A stretch of DNA of 64,000 bases from an uncultured Oscillospiraceae bacterium. Its GTDB lineage: Bacteria; Bacillota; Clostridia; Peptostreptococcales; Anaerovoracaceae. The stretch lies in assembly GCA_964345275.1 (NCBI GenBank), contig CAYFQD010000006.1, positions 812 to 64,811 of the forward strand. Reading direction: 5' to 3'. The notes below the pieces were generated by a model. The model saw nothing but the letters and a program-made list of their open reading frames with translations, was not told the DNA's origin and did not search any database. The position numbers were made by a program, and so were the translations under genes. Numbering within the stretch: position 1 is the stretch's first letter; every line of letters starts with the position of its first letter. Below are positions 57,278-64,000 of this stretch, in pieces.

Positions 57278-58996
57278 TTATTCCCCTTCACCTTCCGGGG
57301 GAGCCGGAGGATTCGGAATCACGCACACTGTTATAGTTATGGTGGTACCCTTCTTAACCATGGTGTTGGCGACTTCGCTCTGTGCCGTCACATAACCTTC
57401 CTTATAGCCTGAGGTGTATTCTTTCTTAACTACATTGTATCTGAGGCCCGCATTGGCAATAAGTGCCTCCGCCTCATCCTGCGGCTTGCCCACTACACCC
57501 GGAACGGCAACCTTGGCCAGGGAACCGTCGCTGACAACCACATCGATGGCAGACCCCTTCTGCAGTTCGCTGCCTGCTTTCGGACTTTGATCGATTACTG
57601 TACCTTCCGGCTTATCGCTGGCGGATGTTGTAACCTTACCCAGTTCGAAGCCTGCCGCCTCCAGATATTTTTTCAAATCCCCCTGCATCTTGCCTTCAAG
57701 ATTCGGTACCGAGCCATCCCCTCGGCCCTTACTGATGTTAAGAGTAACTGTGCTTCCCGTCTTGATTATTTCACCCGGTTCGGGATCCTGGGAAACTACC
57801 AGCCCCTTGTCGACTGTATCGCTGATAACCTCGTCACCCATCTTTACTTTAAGATCAAGGGTTTCGGCTAATTCTTCGGCTTCTTCAAATGTCATACCTT
57901 CAAATGCGGGAGTCTCTATTTCCTCTCCACCGAAGATAAATATCGCTCCTGCTATTACCAGCAGCAGCACAGCTGCCGCTGCAGCAATTATTCCTATGGT
58001 CTTCTTTGATGATTTCCCTTTCTTGCCGGCCGGTCGTCTGTCCTCATAAATATATTCGTCATCCTCGTCATCATCATAGTCATTATATGCTGTCTCTGCA
58101 ACAGGACCTCTATGTACCGGAGCATCATGTCTGGATGAACCTCTTCCCATAATAACTCCGTCACCTACAACGCTGCTGACAAATTCCAGATTGTTAAGGG
58201 CTTCAATAAGCTCATCGGCTGATGCAAACCTGTTAACCGGATACTTGTCACAGCACTTCATGATGATGTGTTCTAATGCCGGCGGTACCCCGCTCACTAT
58301 CTGTGAAGGGGGAACCATTTCCTCGTTTATATGCTGAAGCGCGATGTTTACGGGATTTTCCCCGTCAAAGGGAACCACTCCTGTCAGCATTTCATACATT
58401 ACAATTCCCAGCGAATACAGATCGGATTTCTCGTCCACATATCCGCCTCTGGCCTGTTCAGGTGAAAAGTAGTGCACTGATCCCACAATACCATCGGTAT
58501 TGTCCACAATGGTCGCCGCATTTACCGCCTTGGCTATGCCGAAGTCGGTAATCTTGGCTGTACCATTAGGTGTAATCATTATATTATGCGGCTTAACATC
58601 TCTGTGAATTATATGGTTTTTGTGAGCAAAAGACAGAGCCGATGCAATCTGTTTCGAAAGGGTTATCACCTTAGGATAGGACATGCCGTTTGGCTCTTTT
58701 TTGATGTAATCGCTCAGCGTTCTTCCTTCAATCAGCTCCATTACTATGTAGTGGATGTTGCCCTCTCTGCCCACATCATAAATGTTTACGATATTGGGAT
58801 GGGACATGCTTGCCGCATTTTGCGACTCTCTTCTGAAGCTGTCTATGAACTTGTGGTCGTTGATGAACTCGGGCTTAAGAATTTTGATAGCCACGAATCT
58901 GCTGAGAAGCCTGTCCTTGGCTTTGTATACTACCGACATGCCTCCCTCACCGACTCTTTCAAAAAGTTCATATCTTCCTGCGAGTACCTTACTCAT
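57278..58996 (-). CDS. prkC: Ser/Thr protein kinase with TM segment and extracellular PASTA repeats
   Basis: GRYELFERVGEGGMSVVYKAKD...HRDVKPHN...DFGIA; the TM segment is IGIIAAAAAVLLLVIAGAIFIF, followed by PASTA-like repeats. Start at 58996 (AGGAGG RBS). Confidence 0.92.
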   Translation of the reverse strand: MSKVLAGRYELFERVGEGGMSVVYKAKDRLLSRFVAIKILKPEFINDHKFIDSFRRESQNAASMSHPNIVNIYDVGREGNIHYIVMELIEGRTLSDYIKKEPNGMSYPKVITLSKQIASALSFAHKNHIIHRDVKPHNIMITPNGTAKITDFGIAKAVNAATIVDNTDGIVGSVHYFSPEQARGGYVDEKSDLYSLGIVMYEMLTGVVPFDGENPVNIALQHINEEMVPPSQIVSGVPPALEHIIMKCCDKYPVNRFASADELIEALNNLEFVSSVVGDGVIMGRGSSRHDAPVHRGPVAETAYNDYDDDEDDEYIYEDRRPAGKKGKSSKKTIGIIAAAAAVLLLVIAGAIFIFGGEEIETPAFEGMTFEEAEELAETLDLKVKMGDEVISDTVDKGLVVSQDPEPGEIIKTGSTVTLNISKGRGDGSVPNLEGKMQGDLKKYLEAAGFELGKVTTSASDKPEGTVIDQSPKAGSELQKGSAIDVVVSDGSLAKVAVPGVVGKPQDEAEALIANAGLRYNVVKKEYTSGYKEGYVTAQSEVANTMVKKGTTITITVCVIPNPPAPPEGEGE

Positions 58997-59015
58997 TACT
59001 TTCCTCCTAAACCTG

Positions 59016-59747
59016 TTATATTTTGATGCATACAACCGTAATGTTATCACGGCCTCCGGAACGAATCGCTTCATCCACCAGCTCTGCGCATATATCATTC
59101 ATGCTTCCGCTGCCACCCAGGATGACCTCCATTTTCTTTTCTCCCACTTCTCCGTAAAGTCCGTCTGTGCATAGCAACAGCACATCGTCCGGTGCGAGCC
59201 CTACCTTATAGAAGTCGGGTTCAACGGCACTTTCCGCTCCTATGGCCTTGGTTATAACATTCTTCTGCCTGTGACTTTCAGCTTCATCTTCAGTAATTAC
59301 ACCCTTTTCTATCAGCTCATTCACATAGGTATGATCTCTGGTTATCCGCTTCATCCGGCCTTTCCTGTAAAGGTATGCTCTGCTGTCACCGATATTCGTT
59401 ATGTATGCATCGCCTTCATGTACATAGGCCATGACCACAGTTGTTGCCATTCCTCTGTTTTTCGGATTTGTCATTCCCAGGCTGTAGACACTGCTGTTAG
59501 CCGCATCCACTGCTTCAGTGAAAAAGCCGAAAATTTCCTCCGGTGTCCTGTTTTCCCTTATGTTTTCATCTTTTACATATTCAGCGATTGTCTCTACAGC
59601 TGTACTGCTGGCCAGCTCTCCGGAATTGTTTCCTCCAACACCGTCAGCAACTATATATACATCCAGACTGGGAATAACAAAGCATGCATCTTCGTTATTC
59701 TCACGGACGACCCCTCTGTTACATTTAAATCCTATCTGTTGAATCAT
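59016..59747 (-). CDS. stp: PP2C-family Ser/Thr phosphatase
   Basis: RENNEDA...VADGVGG...CTDGL...GGRDNITVV. Confidence 0.92.
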   Translation of the reverse strand: MIQQIGFKCNRGVVRENNEDACFVIPSLDVYIVADGVGGNNSGELASSTAVETIAEYVKDENIRENRTPEEIFGFFTEAVDAANSSVYSLGMTNPKNRGMATTVVMAYVHEGDAYITNIGDSRAYLYRKGRMKRITRDHTYVNELIEKGVITEDEAESHRQKNVITKAIGAESAVEPDFYKVGLAPDDVLLLCTDGLYGEVGEKKMEVILGGSGSMNDICAELVDEAIRSGGRDNITVVCIKI

Positions 59748-59762
59748 GTTTACATAATTCTC

Positions 59763-61055
59763 CTATTTTATTCTTCCCGCTTTCTTCATTACGCATATGA
59801 AGAATCCATCGGTTCCATTAACATTTGGAAGCAGTAATATTCGTTCTGTCTTTGAGAAAGAAGGATTTTTCTTGAGAAATTCAGCCACCACCTTCTCGTT
59901 CTCATCCGGATTTATTGTGCATGTGCTGTACACCAGCGTTCCTCCCGGCTTTACATAAGAGGACGATGCGGACAATATGGCAAGCTGTTTCTTAGGAAGC
60001 AGTTCAATATCAGCATTCTTTTCTTTGTATTTGATCTCAGGCTTCCTTCTGACCACGCCCAGGCCCGAACACGGAGCATCCACAAGAACTCTGTCTGCCT
60101 TATCCACCATTGTGGAATCAACTCTCGTCGCATCCCATGACCTGGACTCTATATTGGTGATACCCAGTCTCTTGGCTTCTCTGTTAACCTGTTCAAGCTT
60201 CCTGCGGTAAATGTCCGACGCGATAATGCGACCGGTGTTATTCATTCTTTCCGCAATAGCGGTGGTTTTGCCTCCCGGAGCGGCGCATACATCCATTACA
60301 AGATCCCCGTGCTGCGGATCCAGCTTCTCTGCAACCATCATAGAACTTTCATCCTGTGGTGTGAAAAGTCCGTGTTCGTACATCTCACTGTCCAGAAGTC
60401 CGCTGCCCTTTACATAAAGCGCATTGGCACAATTTCTGCCCTCCTCAACTTCAAATCCTCTTTCTTTGAGTGCATTGATAAGATCCTGCTTTCTGATTTT
60501 AAGCCAGTTTAGCCTGATCGTCATAGGAGGTCTCTCGTTTCCCGCCTCCAGAAGCTTTTCTACGAAATCCGTACTGTAATATTTAAGCCATGTCTCAATA
60601 ATCCACGGTGCATATGAATACTTTATGGAAAGATACCTGATTTCGTCTTCGTCTCTCTCAGGAAGCCTTAAATGAATTTTTTTATTCTGATACTCTCTGA
60701 GAACTCCATTCACCAGACCTGCCCTGCCCCTGGCGTATCTCTTTGCCAGAATCACGCTTTCGTTTACAGCTGCGTATTCCGGAACGGAATCCATATATCC
60801 AAGCTGATACATTCCCATTCTTATTATGTTGAGCTCAGCCTGCTTTAAGCTGTCCACCCCGTCTCGCACCAGCTGATCTATGTAATAATCCAGAGTAAGC
60901 TTGTTCTCCAGAACTCCGTATACCAGTTCTCTCACAAACGCCGGTGAGTTTGGCTTGTTTATGGCTATCTTGTGATTAAGCGCCAGATTGGAATATGCCT
61001 TTTTATCTTCAACATCCTTCAGGGTCAAGTATGCTGTCTTTCTGTTAGCGTCCAT
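59763..61055 (-). CDS. rsmB: 16S rRNA (m5C967) methyltransferase
   Basis: NusB-like N-domain plus SAM MTase motifs DVCAAPGGKT and DAPCSGLGV...YSTCT. Confidence 0.9.
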   Translation of the reverse strand: MDANRKTAYLTLKDVEDKKAYSNLALNHKIAINKPNSPAFVRELVYGVLENKLTLDYYIDQLVRDGVDSLKQAELNIIRMGMYQLGYMDSVPEYAAVNESVILAKRYARGRAGLVNGVLREYQNKKIHLRLPERDEDEIRYLSIKYSYAPWIIETWLKYYSTDFVEKLLEAGNERPPMTIRLNWLKIRKQDLINALKERGFEVEEGRNCANALYVKGSGLLDSEMYEHGLFTPQDESSMMVAEKLDPQHGDLVMDVCAAPGGKTTAIAERMNNTGRIIASDIYRRKLEQVNREAKRLGITNIESRSWDATRVDSTMVDKADRVLVDAPCSGLGVVRRKPEIKYKEKNADIELLPKKQLAILSASSSYVKPGGTLVYSTCTINPDENEKVVAEFLKKNPSFSKTERILLLPNVNGTDGFFICVMKKAGRIK

Positions 61056-61762
61056 TAGTTGTTCCTCCCTCTGATCAGCAGAATTCTTACAAGGTTCAGT
61101 ATTGAGGTTGCCAGTGCAGCAACATATGTCAATGCCGCCGCAGACAAAACCGCCCTGGCTCCCTTTATTTCGCTTTCATCAATTATGTTCAGTTCAACAA
61201 GCTGGTTAACAGCTCTTTTGCTGGCATTAAATTCCACCGGAAGCGTAACGGTGTGAAAGAGAACCACCAGAACGAACATGATAATTCCAATATCAAATAT
61301 CAGGTTTCCGGCGGTGTGGCTTCCTGCATAGATAATCATCAGACCCACAAGAATCAATGGCCAGGAGGCACCTGATACAAAGTTTACAATGGGAACCATA
61401 GCTATCCTGAAATTCAGAAAGCTGTAATTTGTTCCGTCCTGAATTGCGTGCCCTGACTCGTGAGCCGCAATGGCAACCGCCGCAATGCTGGATTCCGTCG
61501 CGGTTCCGGCAGACAGCTGCATCTTATCTTCTTTAGGATTGTAGTTGTCTGTCAGCTCCCCGGCTATCTGCAATATCGGAACATGTTTCATCCCGTTATT
61601 ATCCAGAATCATTCTGGCCGCCTGCTTCCCCGTGATTCCGCTTTTAACTGGAATCTTCGAGTACTTGCCGTATGCACTTTTCACCTTTGCCTGAGCAAAA
61701 ATAGTAAAAAGAATGGCCGGTATCAGTACTATGAAGGTAGGATCAAAAATTCCAAAATACAT
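61055..61762 (-). CDS. Membrane zinc metallopeptidase (Zn_peptidase_2/YugP-like)
   Basis: HESGHAIQ (HExxH) motif and several TM helices; 235 aa. Confidence 0.8.
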   Translation of the reverse strand: MYFGIFDPTFIVLIPAILFTIFAQAKVKSAYGKYSKIPVKSGITGKQAARMILDNNGMKHVPILQIAGELTDNYNPKEDKMQLSAGTATESSIAAVAIAAHESGHAIQDGTNYSFLNFRIAMVPIVNFVSGASWPLILVGLMIIYAGSHTAGNLIFDIGIIMFVLVVLFHTVTLPVEFNASKRAVNQLVELNIIDESEIKGARAVLSAAALTYVAALATSILNLVRILLIRGRNN

Positions 61763-61784
61763 AAAATCACCTCTGACGGGTATT

Positions 61785-62717
61785 TTATCTTAAAACCGTT
61801 CCGATTTCAATGTTATTGCCCTTTAAATATTCCTCTGCCGCAACACGCTTCCTGCCCGGTGCCTGCACCTCCAGCACCCTTAAAATGCCGCTGCCGGCAG
61901 CGATATCAAAATATTCTTTGCCAACAGCTGTAACAGTTCCCGGTTCAGCCCCTGCAGCACCCGGCGAAATTGCTTCTGCCTTCCACAGTTTAAAAAGCTT
62001 TTCATCCAGATATGCATAAGTTCCCGGCCACGGATCAAAAGCTCTGATTGTCCTTTCGATTCTCTCCGGTTCCTGAGTAAAATCTATATGTCCGTCCCCT
62101 TTGGAAATCATAGGCGCATAGGTTGCCAGGCTGTCATCCTGCTTTTCAGGATGAACTTCTCCTGTCCGGATTTTTTGCAGCGTCTCAACCATCAGCCCGG
62201 CTCCCATCGCTGCCAGTTCATCGTGAAGCTGCGCTGCTGTTTTATCTTCTATGGGCGTAGAGACTCTGGCAAGCATATCACCTGTATCCAGCCCCTCATC
62301 CATACACATAATGGTTATACCCGTCTCCCTGTCCCCTTCCATGATGGCTCTCTGAATCGGTGCTGCACCTCTGAACCGGGGCAGCAATGAACCGTGAATA
62401 TTGAGGCATCCGTACCCGGGGACCTCCAGCAAATCCCCCGGAAGAATCTTGCCGTATGCAGCCACTACAACTGCATCGGGCTGAGCATCCTTCATAATCT
62501 GAAGAAATTTTTCGTTCCTTTTCAGCTTCTTCGGCTGCAAAACCTTCAGCCCCAGCTCCAGGGCCTTTTCCTTGACAGGCGGAAATTTCACCTTCTTGCC
62601 TCTGTCCCTGACAGTATCCGGCTGAGTTACAACAAAGGCTATTTCGTGTCCCGCTTCATGAATTGCCTCCAGTGCCGGAACAGCAAAATCCGGAGTGCCC
62701 ATATATACTATCCTCAT
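61785..62717 (-). CDS. fmt: Methionyl-tRNA formyltransferase
   Basis: MRIVYMGTPDFAVPAL...NIHGSLLPRFRGAAPIQ... Confidence 0.95.
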   Translation of the reverse strand: MRIVYMGTPDFAVPALEAIHEAGHEIAFVVTQPDTVRDRGKKVKFPPVKEKALELGLKVLQPKKLKRNEKFLQIMKDAQPDAVVVAAYGKILPGDLLEVPGYGCLNIHGSLLPRFRGAAPIQRAIMEGDRETGITIMCMDEGLDTGDMLARVSTPIEDKTAAQLHDELAAMGAGLMVETLQKIRTGEVHPEKQDDSLATYAPMISKGDGHIDFTQEPERIERTIRAFDPWPGTYAYLDEKLFKLWKAEAISPGAAGAEPGTVTAVGKEYFDIAAGSGILRVLEVQAPGRKRVAAEEYLKGNNIEIGTVLR

Positions 62718-63187
62718 TCTGCGGCCTCCGGCTTAATTTCATACATCTTCTCCGCTTTGTCTTTATAGAGAACTCCCTCCAGATGATCAAACTCATGGCA
62801 CATTACTATAGCATCAAAGCCTTCAAATTCATGTTCCTGCTCATTTCCGTCTCTGTCCAGCCCCTTTATTTTTATCCTTTCAGGCCTCTTAACCAGACCG
62901 GTATATCCGGGAACCGACAGGCAGCCCTCCTCACTCTCCTGTTCACCTTCCAGGGTCAATATTTCAGGATTGATAAAAACATACAGCCTTTCCGGCTCCG
63001 GTTCGGCAACAAAAATTCTTCTCATCACTCCCACCTGCGGAGCTGCCAGACCAACACCCTGTGCACTTCTCATTGTTTCAACCATATCTTCTATGAGCTG
63101 AATGGTTCTGCCGGTTACCTCACCGACTTCTCTGCAGGTTTTTCTCAGTATAGGGTCTCCCTCGGTGACTATGTTTCTTAATGCCAT
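62714..63187 (-). CDS. def: Peptide deformylase
   Basis: GVGLAAPQVG...EGCLSVPG...HEFDHLEG, the three PDF motifs. Confidence 0.95.
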   Translation of the reverse strand: MALRNIVTEGDPILRKTCREVGEVTGRTIQLIEDMVETMRSAQGVGLAAPQVGVMRRIFVAEPEPERLYVFINPEILTLEGEQESEEGCLSVPGYTGLVKRPERIKIKGLDRDGNEQEHEFEGFDAIVMCHEFDHLEGVLYKDKAEKMYEIKPEAAE

Positions 63188-63205
63188 TTTCTTCTCCTTC
63201 TGTTT

Positions 63206-64000
63206 TTATACGAAGCTGTAAGGATTGATGTCCACTACAGCAATATAGTTCTTTCTCTTCCCTGCCTTTGTATCCTCATCCTTAATAGCCCGCAGATAGC
63301 CGGAATATTCCCGCCTTTTGCCCTTGGGGCATTTTATTATGAGCGAGTATCTGTAAGTATCGCGGATTTTACTCATGTAGGCTTCCTGGGGCGGAAATAT
63401 ATTCTTTCTCTCATCTTCCCCGACCAATCCGGTTATTCTTTCATACCAGCTTTGTGCTCCTGCCTCCGCTGCGGCAGGGTTATCCGCCGTAAACAGTACC
63501 TGAAAGATATCGCTGTAAGGCGGATACGACATGTATTTCCTGAATTTAATCTCATTTTCATAGAAACACTCATAGTCCTGTACGGCAGACATCTGAACAG
63601 CATAGTGATCTGGATTGTATGTCTGTATTATTACCTTTCCTTCTTCTTCTCCTCTGCCGGCTCTGCCCGCCGCCTGGGTGATAAGTTGAAAAGCCCTCTC
63701 CGGCGAACGAAAATCCGGTATGTTCAACGATACGTCCGCCGATATTATTCCAACCAGGCCAACATTCCTGAAGTCCAGACCTTTTGCTATAAGCTGAGTT
63801 CCGATCAGTATATCTGTCTTGCCTTTTTCAAAGGCTTTCAGCTTCTTCCTCAGCTGACCCTTCTGCCTTGTGGAATCCAGATCTACTCTTTCTGTAACGG
63901 CATTCGGGAACAATTCCCTGACTGCCTCCTCCACCCTTTCCGTTCCCGTTCCGAAATATCTGACATAGCCGCTGCCGCATTCCGGACATCGGGTTATCAT
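63206..64000 (-). CDS. priA: Primosomal protein N' (replication restart helicase), C-terminal part; 5' end outside the window
   Basis: ...CPECGSGY... zinc-binding region, GTQLIAKGLDF, AGRAGRG helicase motif VI and the C-terminal domain. The ORF runs into the window edge. Confidence 0.88.
   Translation of the reverse strand: MITRCPECGSGYVRYFGTGTERVEEAVRELFPNAVTERVDLDSTRQKGQLRKKLKAFEKGKTDILIGTQLIAKGLDFRNVGLVGIISADVSLNIPDFRSPERAFQLITQAAGRAGRGEEEGKVIIQTYNPDHYAVQMSAVQDYECFYENEIKFRKYMSYPPYSDIFQVLFTADNPAAAEAGAQSWYERITGLVGEDERKNIFPPQEAYMSKIRDTYRYSLIIKCPKGKRREYSGYLRAIKDEDTKAGKRKNYIAVVDINPYSFV

Noticed and set aside
1-64000. CRISPR arrays, rRNA genes, IS elements/transposases, prophage structural genes
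   Set aside because: None was seen while reading all intergenic regions. The only repeats found are the short ones listed under features.

Overview
Chromosomal segment of a Firmicutes/Clostridia-type genome, judged from gene content and order; no search was run. It is transcribed almost entirely on the minus strand. From left to right it contains the following.

- **1-11 kb:** a complete de novo purine operon (purE-purC-purF-purM-purN/purO fusion-purH-purD-purL) behind a purine-riboswitch-like leader.
- **11-19.7 kb:** the conserved cysE-cysS-mrnC-rlmB-sigH block with thyA-folA inserted, followed by a PHP phosphoesterase, xpt and a coiled-coil acidic protein.
- **20-21.6 kb:** one plus-strand membrane protein, a tRNA-Thr/tRNA-Ala pair with a rearrangement scar, and a truncated M20 amidohydrolase.
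- **21.6-27.3 kb:** an acyl-CoA synthetase, rplS, xerD, nudF, proC and an RNase H-like exonuclease.
- **27.3-27.5 kb:** an orphan promoter-hairpin-terminator unit, a candidate C-rich sRNA.
- **27.5-34 kb:** a class III aminotransferase, a sigma-54 activator, a beta-CASP hydrolase and pdp.
- **34.1-37.4 kb:** an AT-rich island of about 3.3 kb. It carries an intact two-gene cassette (DUF4145/HEPN-like + Sel1-like protein plus a small 2-TM protein) next to decayed CAP-domain and tandem WYL-regulator genes. This cassette is my best candidate for an undescribed, defence-like system.
- **37.4-45.2 kb:** a PreT/PreA + M20 carbamoylase + PreA paralogue + LacI + MFS cluster. It looks like reductive pyrimidine catabolism but lacks a dihydropyrimidinase.
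- **45-64 kb:** housekeeping genes miaB, gpsA, plsY, der, ftsY, smc, rnc, plsX, rpe, rsgA, prkC, stp, rsmB, a Zn peptidase, fmt, def and priA.

No CRISPR array, rRNA gene, transposase or integrase-bearing element was seen. All family assignments come from motif recognition by eye and need confirmation by database searches.
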